Shown in pieces: positions 10,701-19,210 of a DNA stretch of 64,000 nucleotides. The notes under the pieces were generated by a model that was given only the letters and a program-made list of their open reading frames with translations, searched no databases and was not told the origin of the DNA. The stretch lies in the IMG/VR virus record IMGVR_UViG_3300031951_000113, positions 4,915 through 68,914 of that record, one strand, 5' to 3'. Positions within the stretch are counted from its first letter, which is position 1. Each line of letters opens with the position of its first letter. The translations under genes and the position numbers were made by a program. Source of the DNA: a virus.

Positions 10701-13700
10701 TAATGACAGCCAAATGTTACAGCGCCTTAACTCTGCAACAGGGTCGCTGGGCGACAATGTCACAGAGATAAGGTCAGAAACACTCAACGCCTCTAAAGTA
10801 AACTCCCAGAAATTAGCAGATATTCGGCTCGATGTTAGAGGGAGTAAGCCTCACTATTCTGGGGAACGCGCAGGGCTTTGGTACCCCAAGATAGTAGACG
10901 GGAAGATAACAAATATAGATGCAATTCCGGATGACCCATCTTTGAGATTTGTACACAACGAAGGGATGCTAGGGAGCGATGTGTATACTGCGGGGGAATT
11001 TAAAAATTTCTTATATAGCAGAAGTGAAAGCCTTAGATTTTTTAATAGAAACACATACTCAGTCTACAAAGTCGGTGACCCTGTCTCTCAAGAACTGGCA
11101 GACGAGATCGGCATAGACCCGTTGAACGCCTCTAAAGCACAAATCCGCCGAATGAAAAGGAACTCTGCTGGATGGAAAGCTAGCGGTTGGTTTGGACAGG
11201 GGCTTATGGATCAGAAAGTATTTAACAGGATAGCCCAACAGAACGCGGAAATTCGAGGCGCTAATTATAGGGTTCAAGAGACGGCTAAAAAGTTCCAACG
11301 TCTTGTGAAGGAGCACAACCCTAACCCAACAACGCTCCAAGAAGCTCTGGGCAGCACCGACAACGTGTTAACAGACGCTCAATACGACAGCTGGAAAAAG
11401 ATGGTTAAAGCGGCGAAAAGCGAAACAGATCTGGCAAAACGTCAGTCGGCTATAGCGGCTGCGGATAACTACCGGATTAGTCAAGTGCAAGCCAACAATG
11501 TACAAAGGAAAGCCGATAGACTATCTGCTCTAAACCAACTACCACAAGACTTGAGGGATGTGGTAGAAACTATGCGACAGCACATTGACCAGCTTAGCAA
11601 AACAATGATTTCAGAAGGCATAGTAGGCAAGAATCTACAAGCCACTCTTGGGGCTAACATGGAAGTATATTTGAACAGGTCGTACGAAGTGTTCGATAAC
11701 CCTGAATGGGCTAACTTTATACTAACTGATAATTCGGAAGATTCGCAAAGGATACGTAACAATGCGGCTACAATGTTTAGGGCTCAGCTTGTCGCGGAAG
11801 AAGCTCGAAAAATTCGCAGAAACGCCCGCATTAACAATCAAACTGTGCCTACAAGACAGCAAGCTCTAGCAGCAGCTCAAGCTACAGTTGCCGACACCGA
11901 CGTTCAAAATCTTATGGAAGATTACCTTAGGGTTGGTGACGATAGCGCAGCAGACATGTTTTTAGGAGGCAGGGTGCCAGGAAAAAAAGACACGTCTATA
12001 ATCACTTTGCGGGGCCAAGTCCCCAAAGAGCTCCGCGAGCTTATGGGTGAGTACAAAGACGTCGGGGTTAACTACGCCAAGTCTTATCTAAAGATGGCGA
12101 GCTTTATAGCCCACCATAATTTCCAACAAGATTTTTTAGATATGGGGCTTACTAGAAGCACCCCTTTCCTTTGGAAAGAAGGTGTTAGCCCGGGTAGACG
12201 CCCGCTGGGGTGGGTGAAAGTGTACTCAAGCATGTCTGACTCCCCCAACCCAAATCCTATGGCAGATGTGTACGGGCCTCCTATAATTGGAGAGGCTTTT
12301 ACCGAGCTGAATAAGACGTACGAACAAAAGCCGATAATGCAATGGATTACAGGGCTAACCGGAATTGCAATGGCGTCTAAAACTATTTATAACCCGCCAC
12401 AAACATACGTTAGAAACTTTGCGGGCAACGGACTGTTGATGTTAGCCCAAGGGTACGTAACAAACGACATATCTAAACTAGGTTTCTTTAAGCGTTTTGG
12501 CAACTCAATGTATACTACAGGAGAAAGACTTGTGGGAATGCAGCCTGAGCGTTCTAATCAAGTAGTAGACTATATCGAAAGGCTGGTAAAGCTGGGCGTT
12601 ATGGGTGACAACGTTAAAGCCACAGTCATTAAGGATCTTACGTCTGTAATTTTTGACAGGGACCCTAAAAACGCTTTTAACGAAAAGCTTTCTTCCCTGA
12701 TGAGCCTTGCAAAAAAAGGTAACGATAGGCTTGTAGACGCCTACTCAGCTGGGGATGATTTTTGGAAGATTTTGGCTTTTGAATCAGAACGAGCTACCTT
12801 TGAAAAAGCTTACCCGAAGGCAACTCCTGAAGCCTTGGACAGAATGGCGGCTGACAGAGTCAGGGCGGTACTTCCGACGTATAGCGAGATCCCCAAGTTT
12901 GTAAAAGACATAGTCAAAGGGCAGCCGTACTTAGCTCCGTATATATCGTGGACTAGCGAAATTATACGTACAAGTCTAAACACACTTAAGACTGGGTGGG
13001 ACGATGTCAAAAGCGGTAACCCAGTATTGCAGAAATCTGGGTTAGTGCGTATGGGCTCTATGCTTGTAGCGCAGGGGCTTCTTGTGGCGGCGGCTGGGAC
13101 AATCCGTTCATTTGCACAACTGGACGATGATGACGAAGACGCCTTGCGAAGATTCCTGCCTGAATGGCAGGTTAACGCTTTAGTAGCTCTTACAGGTAAA
13201 ACAAAAGACGGTAAGGTTTCTTTTTGGGACCTAAGCTACCTTAACCCGTTTGATGTGATACAAGAGCCTTTCACTGCCATGACAAACGAGTACAAGCAGG
13301 GCGGTTCTGGTTGGGATGTGGCGGCGGCTGGGCTGGACAAGGCTATGGCTCCTTGGACGGGGGAGCAATTGTTCTTTGGGGCCGTTGCGGACGTTGCGCG
13401 TGGATACACTAAAGAAGGGTATCCGCTGTACGAAAAAGCAGATTCAGACTGGAACAACTTTAAAAAAGGGGCTGATAGGATTTGGTCAGCTGTTAAGCCT
13501 GGAGCTGTCAATTTTGCGGAGCGTATAGTCAAAGCTTATAAAGGGGATGTGTCTCCTAGCGGGAAGGTCTACAACATTGAAGACGAGCTGAAGGGGGCTA
13601 TCCTGGGCCAGAAACCGAGTGAAGTAGACTTGCTGCAAGTTTTCCAGAACAAAAAACTTGGAGCATTTAACCGAATGCTAGAGTCGTCTACAAATCTTGC

Positions 13701-14046
13701 TACGAAAGAGTACCGTACAAGGGGGACAGCCGACCTAGATAAAATAAAAGATGACTATAGGCAATCTAACGACTCTAGGATGAAAGCGTTTGTAGAGATT
13801 CGCAAAGACGTCGACGCTTTAATTATGATGGGCGTCCCTAAACACAAAGTCTACGGAGCTATGCAGGCTCGCGGGGTTAGCAACGACGACATCAATCAAA
13901 TAGCTGGCGGTAAATACGTGCGCAGGTTTCCTGGGAACGAGGCGTTAGAAAACGCTGTGGGGACCCCTAATTTTAGAGCGAGGATTCAGGCTTTAAGAGA
14001 TGCGAAAGACTCTTACCCGCAAGTCCAGTCGATTATTTCGGAATGA
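4729..14046 (+). CDS. large polyvalent internal virion protein with two zincin-like metallopeptidase motifs
   Basis: 3105 aa; Gly/Ala membrane-like N-region; HEALH..DELFTE (nt 8821) and HENLH..GEY (nt 10279); helical C-terminal region typical of large ejection proteins. Confidence 0.75.
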   Translation: MIIEDEETSELETLVPPSWDEVEADEEYKALSPWKKQMALGNWVTAVNKYAKTSGEYNDDPQAGKAVQSFFKSKYDELNKDLDLAVESGQYEDNLWGGAKRLLDRATLGASQIGPNAISMANRLGEFAVEAPGAMGQLLDSVGLNKLSPSEKVQQEGFLKSYRDFSAPVRETFRQTADYYKGKSNEMAEAGAALGGGFVGEAVQAAVPAAAEAVQDMALAVGSGGASIPQTLGRPMAAAMRSLNVSTVLSGIRSSVATLDEAESQYMKEDPSLTREQARLKAMPEALTSGASTALITRLGGFTGIESVLLKGGPKSLRGKVWEVLKEASGEGLEEAADQSLQDLSERFYRNPEKAWSDTYKELAMAYSLGAVLGGGFSAASQTLNSAADKAKDAGAPQTAAALRERVEKEAAIKTTQLFGDSESSSEADALADELLGEMEGEDEVEGPSTQDAQNAYDEKPEQKFTPINEGVISQDTTKQDQQTSEPTVTTPEPTVTTPEPTVTTPPTLRESVIASGIPEEAADSYISNLQAEGISDEQIQEMADNGRALREETAKRNEAEAQAKSDLARRARAGDPEARAQLERERGVNVTTPSPTPVAETATPPTVTEISPQQTTPQNIEGGDSNELRMRNQEEGQGRTEALNADSGAGAEGAVATPLPAEAPAPLSETPVAKLQQKRAESNPEEFEDLDPETLLSDLPATEAVDLLRQVGSTYEAPAVEGDETFADYIERTGVSVYDFDTRPTVLNEQERRYVQQGKDPFEGLKDLAAGRAKPEDFSPAVQAVSQDTPEEAERQKKAKETEEFYAKVGQESEQNEANAAGKPITAEQIVKAPVELKGVKGEVSGKSLPVRQVITDEVDDRGVAITKVVPGFVNDANTMAEVLSQDKGVNRVYVPKEDVANIDPEDIFIKYDESGNPYVVAARHGNYGVVYSGTGLTQNGESLADLHEPTRQKNSQAQIQGKRAKKLAKQAGVSVDEVAIPEMTDKFTERVNNAPISKQETEKPEAVAKTLKAIQDKAMALSGEAVTTDNGLVVTIDAELADKIGVAATNLYMARLRGVDRKGKFKDASGVVADIKKKVVAKLKKRPGARSGVSLDQNVGDGSSTVGDLMGQTDQNLDNMGYADVPLDTQVSQNADAPTQGPTTTTNNAPAGAPELNEYDSIAAKAMSEAEKELGDLDLKNGTKNLAVWKETLAMLNGGKKRKDLTPTRAKIVKEMDARMRERMRDLISQQTVEVDTKKAKSVLSAEPQAVLNQEEKRTLIKTNVDKIIDWNGGATQEKFDIKRVLLGIAEDPKQPQLVKIFAKFIGSSNVDFSGVSFETLASLQKDKNWAGLYTSGDSSSTGKIQVNVGSFHRGSIGQTIVHEALHHVAFHKLRPSYNRTGVEREAYRDLTKILTHIRRQVLEPEKGQTLSQAARKMFSRGDDMFYGLSDLDELFTETLTNTRFSVWMSTQAPLPDIKLKNTNIFKNLYEQVKQLFKNLIGGQNVRPDSLLSQAMDNILALAQDPQDDAKIRDYQQRATGGEKKTAESKSKQAKPVKSRLETEAEKIKTGRNYWVTPYGKVIDVFEEATSRDDEGASAASHGLYIKQWVADRLRNYTPDKDEKGMAVIIESKVKDLVREQPSLKNETTDSEIEDQFQEQVSMAEVYGTEPPDRDEFFSQAKKAAGPSPLAYVQAAQESGWIRITSDASVAKIRGARTGAAFGGNIHVETYGPALSLDGKSFISALTKAKDGVRVVSQGAVQKKQAERPTQILAFRQMFGREEGYMAYKGSLKDVQDSRVAAVEEMVQNAIGSIRTPVKSENLNGHPAQARMGESGELEIVYDPEAIAIETEGLNDEEAAKTISKLLGHENLHIAGMINDYSTPDSKGRIGRQKIEAFHDEVMTDEMRQETADAYVRRFDGMTDAEYLERRNNFLSDKVAVAGEYKRMFTERYLTGESYEDSLKTLENKTGDKFSDIVRSIADYLMGRIRMVLARYQLTKDPRLAAVILNDSQMLQRLNSATGSLGDNVTEIRSETLNASKVNSQKLADIRLDVRGSKPHYSGERAGLWYPKIVDGKITNIDAIPDDPSLRFVHNEGMLGSDVYTAGEFKNFLYSRSESLRFFNRNTYSVYKVGDPVSQELADEIGIDPLNASKAQIRRMKRNSAGWKASGWFGQGLMDQKVFNRIAQQNAEIRGANYRVQETAKKFQRLVKEHNPNPTTLQEALGSTDNVLTDAQYDSWKKMVKAAKSETDLAKRQSAIAAADNYRISQVQANNVQRKADRLSALNQLPQDLRDVVETMRQHIDQLSKTMISEGIVGKNLQATLGANMEVYLNRSYEVFDNPEWANFILTDNSEDSQRIRNNAATMFRAQLVAEEARKIRRNARINNQTVPTRQQALAAAQATVADTDVQNLMEDYLRVGDDSAADMFLGGRVPGKKDTSIITLRGQVPKELRELMGEYKDVGVNYAKSYLKMASFIAHHNFQQDFLDMGLTRSTPFLWKEGVSPGRRPLGWVKVYSSMSDSPNPNPMADVYGPPIIGEAFTELNKTYEQKPIMQWITGLTGIAMASKTIYNPPQTYVRNFAGNGLLMLAQGYVTNDISKLGFFKRFGNSMYTTGERLVGMQPERSNQVVDYIERLVKLGVMGDNVKATVIKDLTSVIFDRDPKNAFNEKLSSLMSLAKKGNDRLVDAYSAGDDFWKILAFESERATFEKAYPKATPEALDRMAADRVRAVLPTYSEIPKFVKDIVKGQPYLAPYISWTSEIIRTSLNTLKTGWDDVKSGNPVLQKSGLVRMGSMLVAQGLLVAAAGTIRSFAQLDDDDEDALRRFLPEWQVNALVALTGKTKDGKVSFWDLSYLNPFDVIQEPFTAMTNEYKQGGSGWDVAAAGLDKAMAPWTGEQLFFGAVADVARGYTKEGYPLYEKADSDWNNFKKGADRIWSAVKPGAVNFAERIVKAYKGDVSPSGKVYNIEDELKGAILGQKPSEVDLLQVFQNKKLGAFNRMLESSTNLATKEYRTRGTADLDKIKDDYRQSNDSRMKAFVEIRKDVDALIMMGVPKHKVYGAMQARGVSNDDINQIAGGKYVRRFPGNEALENAVGTPNFRARIQALRDAKDSYPQVQSIISE
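6184..6246 (+). repeat. 3 x 21-bp in-frame tandem repeat (EPTVTTP)
   Basis: gagccgactgtaacgactcca x2 plus gaaccgactgtaacgactccc; partial copy near 6498. Confidence 0.95.
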
Positions 14047-14278
14047 CCAAGTCGCCAGTGACCCAGCTAGATAATAAGAACGGCAAAGGTATGCCTACCG
14101 CGACAATCATAATAACCGAGGTCTGTACTACAGGAGCCACTGCAGACTCCAAGTCAAATTTAGTCTTTAAGAACACCCAACCGAAAGCGAATAAGCAGTA
14201 CCAGCAAATAAGCAGTTTGAAGTAATAGGCCTCAAAAGCATACGCAACATAGTTTGAATAATATACGATGAACTCCAT
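14033..14278 (-). CDS. small membrane protein (moron-like)
   Basis: Two hydrophobic segments; fills the gap after the giant gene; start uncertain. Confidence 0.4.
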   Translation of the reverse strand: MEFIVYYSNYVAYAFEAYYFKLLICWYCLFAFGWVFLKTKFDLESAVAPVVQTSVIMIVAVGIPLPFLLSSWVTGDLVIPK

Positions 14279-14282
14279 AAGA

Positions 14283-14867
14283 ATGTATTTTGTTAATAAA
14301 TCGTTGGTCCCGTCTGGTGGGTTTAGATACACCGAACCTGCCAGCGGGGTACAGTTTCGGTCTCTTTCGTGGAACGATCTGGCGTCTTCCGTAAGAAAAC
14401 ACCGTATCGCAAATGGTTACCCTCTGCCTCCTGGTTGGGAGAAGGAGTTGGAAGCAGAGGTTTGCAAACAGTATGAACCTGGCACTTGTATGTATGTTGA
14501 TGAGACACCGAATGCCGAGGTTCGTTCAATTACAGTATCAGATGTAAAAAACTTTTTGTTAGTAGCATCTACTTGGATGGCTAAGGGGGGTAAGTTTGTG
14601 GAGCAGTCGGAAGCTGAGCGCCGAGCAAACATATGCGTAAGTTGCTCTAAAAACCAAGAAATTGTGGGATGCTCTGGGTGCAATAACTTAGTGTCAACTA
14701 TTTCAGGGGTGGTGGGCGGCAGGGGCACAGGGCAAGACCCGTTTCTTAAAGGATGCGCTGTTTGTAGTTGCAGTAACAAAGCGCAAGTGCATCTTCCTTT
14801 AGAAATCCTACACAAGGGAGTTACGGATAACATGGAGTTTCCGGAACATTGTTGGAAAAAATTATGA
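14283..14867 (+). CDS. Cys-rich hypothetical protein
   Basis: CxxC clusters CVSC, CSGC, CAVCSC and terminal CW; start could be 14268. Confidence 0.7.
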   Translation: MYFVNKSLVPSGGFRYTEPASGVQFRSLSWNDLASSVRKHRIANGYPLPPGWEKELEAEVCKQYEPGTCMYVDETPNAEVRSITVSDVKNFLLVASTWMAKGGKFVEQSEAERRANICVSCSKNQEIVGCSGCNNLVSTISGVVGGRGTGQDPFLKGCAVCSCSNKAQVHLPLEILHKGVTDNMEFPEHCWKKL

Positions 14868-15082
14868 GAGACTACAAAGAAGAATATAAAAACTACCAAG
14901 GAACGCCTATGCAAAAAAAACGCAGGGCTAAAAGAAACGCCGCACGACGTCGCATGGTTCGCGAAGGGAGAGCACGAAAAGGAGATGGAAAAGACGTTGA
15001 CCATAAAGACTCTAACCCGATGAACAACTCACCATCAAACCTGCACATGATGTCGGCTAGCGCTAACCGAGCTAAGAAATAA
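14864..15082 (+). CDS. small HNH endonuclease-like protein
   Basis: RDYKEEY..KRRAKRNAARR..DGKDVDHKD..N..SN..S..NR; ATGA overlap with upstream gene. Confidence 0.75.
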   Translation: MRDYKEEYKNYQGTPMQKKRRAKRNAARRRMVREGRARKGDGKDVDHKDSNPMNNSPSNLHMMSASANRAKK

Positions 15083-15083
15083 T

Positions 15084-15276
15084 ATGGCTACTGGGCTTGT
15101 ACTGATCTTTGGTAAAGGGGTGCAGGGACGGGAGCGCGCTTCCCTTTTCAGATGTGGGCGTTCGGGAGTCAAGGGCCGATAAGGCCGCCCAGTCCCACCG
15201 AGTAGAACGCTTCTTTGAGAGGCTCTCGGTCGTGTCATCCATCTGCCTGCTGTAATTATCGTAATTGCTAAGCCAT
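15084..15276 (+). ncRNA. candidate structured RNA between converging arms
   Basis: Closing stem ATGGCT/AGCCAT, nested stems, G-U pairs favour the + strand. Confidence 0.35.
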
Positions 15277-15281
15277 GCGTG

Positions 15282-16118
15282 TCAATTTTCTAGAGACGAC
15301 TCAGGCACTATGTCTATAGTGGGGTCTCGAATTAAATCAATGTCACTGGGCAGAGTTATATTAGGGAGCATATCGTTTACAAAACTAAACTTTTTAATGT
15401 TTAAGACTTTGCTTTGAGAAGGGTATCGCAAATATTCTCTATAGGATTCGTCTACAGTCTCTCCGATAGCCGAAAAGAAATTTGCTACAAACTTAGCCCA
15501 GTAAACCCCAATAGGATGATGGTGGCACCCAAATAATAGATCGCTTTTCCAATTGCTTTCGATAAAAGAGGTCATGTCAATTTTGATTGAACTTGAGTGC
15601 GCTTTTTCTTGAAGCCTTTTTTTGTTGTCTTCTATGCTAACAGAAGCTTTATCTAAAAGTATTTCACTGAATTTAGGGTCTTTTTCATTTACCAAATACT
15701 CGAATATGTCTCGCCTATTTTTAGTCACTTCTTTGTATATGTACTTTAATACCGGAGCCAGGGATGCTTCGCATACAGGATAGCCAAAGAACCTATTGTT
15801 TGGGATGCATATTGAAGCCCCCGTAACTATATTTTCAATTAAGTAATTTGTATGCAATGCTTCACACGCAGCTTGCTCTATAGGCTGATAGATGAAGTAA
15901 TCTGCTTTTTTAACGCACTCATGCACTTTATCAGCGTAGCTTGTTTGCCTATAAACGCTGTCCACCCATACGGCGAAATTTTTATAGGTTCCGTGAAAAT
16001 CTAAAAGCCCCGAACTTTCTGAGTCAATAACTTCATATTTGTCAGAGTAATACGTGTTTACCCACGTGGCTATTGTGGACGCATGGCAATTCCCATAAAA
16101 TAGTAGTTTCTTTTTCAT
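15282..16118 (-). CDS. WcbI-like polysaccharide biosynthesis protein
   Basis: LLFYGNCHA N-motif, DYFIYQP, LF..HHP C-motif. Confidence 0.65.
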   Translation of the reverse strand: MKKKLLFYGNCHASTIATWVNTYYSDKYEVIDSESSGLLDFHGTYKNFAVWVDSVYRQTSYADKVHECVKKADYFIYQPIEQAACEALHTNYLIENIVTGASICIPNNRFFGYPVCEASLAPVLKYIYKEVTKNRRDIFEYLVNEKDPKFSEILLDKASVSIEDNKKRLQEKAHSSSIKIDMTSFIESNWKSDLLFGCHHHPIGVYWAKFVANFFSAIGETVDESYREYLRYPSQSKVLNIKKFSFVNDMLPNITLPSDIDLIRDPTIDIVPESSLEN

Positions 16119-17371
16119 ATATCAGTAAGCCCTGGTCTTTTATTGTCTGATTTAATGGCGCACAGCCAACAATGGGTAACCGCAACTTGGTTATCCCACC
16201 ATACCGTTTCGTTTCTAAAAATCTGAAACTTAACTGTAGTGTTTCTTATGTACTTCGCTTTTGACGATTGTGTGTAATACCAAAAGCTGTTTTCATTCCA
16301 AAAGCTTACATGAGTTGGGTCTTGCCAAGCTCCTCTCCCATCTGTGGACGGAACTTCAATCATAGCCCACCCCCCGTCGGCCAAGACCCGATGTATCTCG
16401 GACATAGTTTTAATAGGATCTCTCAAATGTTCTATGATGTGGCTAGCATTTAACACCCCAACAGAGTTGTCTTTTAGAGGTATCCCTTCGTTCAAATCGC
16501 AAATAATATGAGCGTCTTTTTGGTCTATAGATATGTACCCTGGTTTTGGGTCAATCCCACCTCCTAGATCTACTTTAAGTAAGTTTTTCAACTCACAATC
16601 TCTTTCAGCTAGCCTAAACGCGTATTCTTTAAATATTCTAACCGTCTCTGTCTGAATCTTAGAATTTTTCTCCAACCAAGTGTTGTCTCCGGTGATACGA
16701 TAAACATAAAGTGGCTTAGGTATATGAGCCATTTTTGTTTTAAGGTATGTCCTAATCATCAGTTCTTGGTCGTCACAAATTTCGAGATTTGGGTTATGCC
16801 CCCCAACCTCATTGTAAACAGTTTTTCTCCAAGCACGAACGTGATCAGGAGCGTACCAAATAAATGCTACTGATCGACTGGACGGTTCGAAACTGTGCAT
16901 TCTAAAAAGTTCTTTTTCTCGCCATTTAACTTTGTCGTACGTCCACCCATGCTTGGGGTTAAACGGGTAGAACTTATCCTGCATATGAAGTTTTAAGTCG
17001 TCAGAGTACACAAACCCGACCTCTTCATCTGCAAACGCTTTATTAAGCTCCTCCAAGCAGTTCTCAATAAGAATGTCATCATGGTCCATTTCTACTAAGA
17101 CATCTCCCGACCCTCTAGAAAAAGCTTCAAACTTGTGGAAACCAACAAAGTTTGGGCCTTGTGGGGCTTCATAAATCTTTATTTTATCTTCGTTTTTTTC
17201 GGCAAAACTTAAAATACTATCTGGCAGCCCTGACTTAGTCACAGATCCATTTAACCATAAAACCCACTCCCAGTTCGAATGGGTCTGGGCAACTATGCTA
17301 TCAAATAGTTCAAGCAAATATGGGTTTTCTTTATGAGTAGGGGTGATTAAACTAAACTTAAGATTGTTCAT
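16115..17371 (-). CDS. glycosyltransferase family 2 fused to SAM-dependent methyltransferase
   Basis: SLITPTH, EMDHDD, YVYR (GT2); VDLGGG, HIIEH, HRVLADGG, DPTH (MTase). Confidence 0.85.
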   Translation of the reverse strand: MNNLKFSLITPTHKENPYLLELFDSIVAQTHSNWEWVLWLNGSVTKSGLPDSILSFAEKNEDKIKIYEAPQGPNFVGFHKFEAFSRGSGDVLVEMDHDDILIENCLEELNKAFADEEVGFVYSDDLKLHMQDKFYPFNPKHGWTYDKVKWREKELFRMHSFEPSSRSVAFIWYAPDHVRAWRKTVYNEVGGHNPNLEICDDQELMIRTYLKTKMAHIPKPLYVYRITGDNTWLEKNSKIQTETVRIFKEYAFRLAERDCELKNLLKVDLGGGIDPKPGYISIDQKDAHIICDLNEGIPLKDNSVGVLNASHIIEHLRDPIKTMSEIHRVLADGGWAMIEVPSTDGRGAWQDPTHVSFWNENSFWYYTQSSKAKYIRNTTVKFQIFRNETVWWDNQVAVTHCWLCAIKSDNKRPGLTDI

Positions 17372-17377
17372 TTTATG

Positions 17378-18016
17378 TCACTTAATATTAAAAAAGAACA
17401 GTTGCACTAAACGCTCCGTCTCTTCTGAGTATTCGCTTGCAGAATGGATTAGTTTTGCGTCCCAAAGAACTAACCTATTGTACACCGATCCTACCTTGTC
17501 TACTAACTCCCAATAAGAGGGATCCAACAAAGAGTCTTTCGTGAACACTACTTCGTTAGAGCTTCGTTGCTCGGAATTCTGGACTTCCAGGGGGTGCTCA
17601 GGAGGTCGCCTACACCCTGTTTTTTTGTGCTTCCACATAGACGTTCCCATAGAAGGGGGCAGGTTTGGGGTTAAGTAGACTGCTCCAGCGTAGTCTTGGC
17701 TATCGGCGTGGAACACCAAAGGGTCTTTCTTAAGGGTCTTCTGAAAAATACCGTTTGCACTTTGGCCCAGCCAATCAGAAATCTCTACCCCAAGTAACCT
17801 TTCAAACTCTTCTTTTACATAAGGCAAAAGAAGTGTGTCCTGGGACCTTAGCCCTTTGTAAAACTGCAAGTTTTCTCGGAAAGGTTGTTTTAAAGCGTGC
17901 TCTCTAATTTTATCTGGGTTGTCATAAAAGTTATCTACAATTAGAATGCTGGGTTTATTTTTATTAAACACCGTGCGGAAGTTGCTGTTAATGGACGGTA
18001 GCTCGTATTGTATCAT
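17378..18016 (-). CDS. 2OG-Fe(II) oxygenase-like (DUF6445-like) protein
   Basis: IVDNFY..PD, HAD (HxD), AVYL, NRLVLW..HSA, R.VQLFFF. Confidence 0.75.
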   Translation of the reverse strand: MIQYELPSINSNFRTVFNKNKPSILIVDNFYDNPDKIREHALKQPFRENLQFYKGLRSQDTLLLPYVKEEFERLLGVEISDWLGQSANGIFQKTLKKDPLVFHADSQDYAGAVYLTPNLPPSMGTSMWKHKKTGCRRPPEHPLEVQNSEQRSSNEVVFTKDSLLDPSYWELVDKVGSVYNRLVLWDAKLIHSASEYSEETERLVQLFFFNIK

Positions 18017-18017
18017 A

Positions 18018-18212
18018 TTATTTTATAGTTATTTTTTGTTTTGTTTTCTTTTCAAACCACTTGTTAAAATGCCCAAAGTCCCGTGGTTCTGTGACTTCGG
18101 CATTGGTTTCGCAAACGTCGCATTTGCCGTAGTGCCAGCACGAGACGGCCCGCTGCTGGGTGCCGTTTTCCTTGCCGCATGGTAGGCATGTCCATTTTGG
18201 GTAAGGCTTCAT
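18018..18212 (-). CDS. small zinc-binding protein
   Basis: CLPC..CDVC..VTEPRDFG. Confidence 0.65.
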   Translation of the reverse strand: MKPYPKWTCLPCGKENGTQQRAVSCWHYGKCDVCETNAEVTEPRDFGHFNKWFEKKTKQKITIK

Positions 18213-18224
18213 ATTGTGCGACGG

Positions 18225-18473
18225 TCACTTTTTAGACTTTTTAAGTGACAAACAGACTTTATGGAGCACTTGAGCAACCTCATCAGTAATTGAGGACGGG
18301 TTTATCTCTTTTCTACTGTTGCTAATCACATCTCTTACAAGAGGCTCTCCGAAAAAACCTAATAAACGCCGGAACTCCAAGTTCGGGGCGTACCATTTTC
18401 CTTCGTATTTAAATAGCGCTCCACATTCGGAAGCGTCTCCTTCGTATTCTGATGCTGGGTATTGTTGTGTCAT
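18225..18473 (-). CDS. hypothetical protein
   Basis: ATG at 18473 overlaps the stop of the 52-aa upstream ORF (ATGA). Confidence 0.55.
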   Translation of the reverse strand: MTQQYPASEYEGDASECGALFKYEGKWYAPNLEFRRLLGFFGEPLVRDVISNSRKEINPSSITDEVAQVLHKVCLSLKKSKK

Positions 18474-18628
18474 AAATCGCAATTTTCGCAGTAGGGGCGC
18501 CCGAACCGACACGCCCTAAGCGCGCCTCCGCAATCGGGGCATAGGCCCAATGCAACAACAAACTTTTTCCAATGGAACTGGAGTAGTTTTTTGATGATAG
18601 TGATTTGCGGAGGCGGCTGTTTACTCAT
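18470..18628 (-). CDS. small zinc-ribbon protein (not in ORF track)
   Basis: Translated by hand: MSKQPPPQITIIKKLLQFHWKKFVVALGLCPDCGGALRACRFGRPYCENCDL; ATGA overlaps at both ends. Confidence 0.7.
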   Translation of the reverse strand: MSKQPPPQITIIKKLLQFHWKKFVVALGLCPDCGGALRACRFGRPYCENCDL

Positions 18629-18987
18629 TCGATAGGGCGTAATGTAGTTCCGTCGAATCCGAAATGTCGGATTATTGTCTGAACTTGGGGGTCTTCTATT
18701 TCGTCTTCGTGTACTAGTAGAAGCCTTAAGTCCTTTGGACGAAACATAGAGACTACTGGAGGGCTATCTTCTTGATTGTAGACTCGTATGGAGGGGGTTT
18801 CGTCCAGCAAGGACGAAACGCTTAGCATAATGCTGTCTAAATCATCCGAGTCACCAGGGTCTCCGGTTATAGTTTTCTCGATGAGTGAACAGATATGTTT
18901 AGCGGAGTTTCTCTCCCGCATCTTTGGGCTAAGCCCAATCACATAGTCTGTATCTGGGTCAATGTCGTCGTCTGGGTTTGTATTCAT
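18625..18987 (-). CDS. hypothetical acidic protein
   Basis: ORF in the minus-strand operon; likely start MNTNPDDD. Confidence 0.55.
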   Translation of the reverse strand: MNTNPDDDIDPDTDYVIGLSPKMRERNSAKHICSLIEKTITGDPGDSDDLDSIMLSVSSLLDETPSIRVYNQEDSPPVVSMFRPKDLRLLLVHEDEIEDPQVQTIIRHFGFDGTTLRPIE

Positions 18988-19012
18988 TGGAGTTTTCTGT
19001 TGGTGTGATTGT

Positions 19013-19210
19013 TTAAAATGTCGCACGTTTTATGTGCGACAAAGATTTACCGTCTTCAACGATAGGCAGCACATAAGTCACAGGCGATGTAACACCTGAG
19101 TCTAAGTAACCTATAAGTCTGTTTAAAAGTAAAGCCGCTGCTGCGCATAGCAAGAGGGCTATAATCATAGCGGTAGCTTTTACAGCGAGGGACTTTAAGT
19201 GATATGTCAT
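19013..19210 (-). CDS. small membrane protein
   Basis: One hydrophobic segment; ATGA overlap. Confidence 0.5.
   Translation of the reverse strand: MTYHLKSLAVKATAMIIALLLCAAAALLLNRLIGYLDSGVTSPVTYVLPIVEDGKSLSHIKRATF

Noticed and set aside
18523-18615. 11-bp inverted repeat cgcctccgcaa/ttgcggaggcg as an ncRNA
   Set aside because: Lies within a coupled 52-aa zinc-ribbon ORF (18470-18628).
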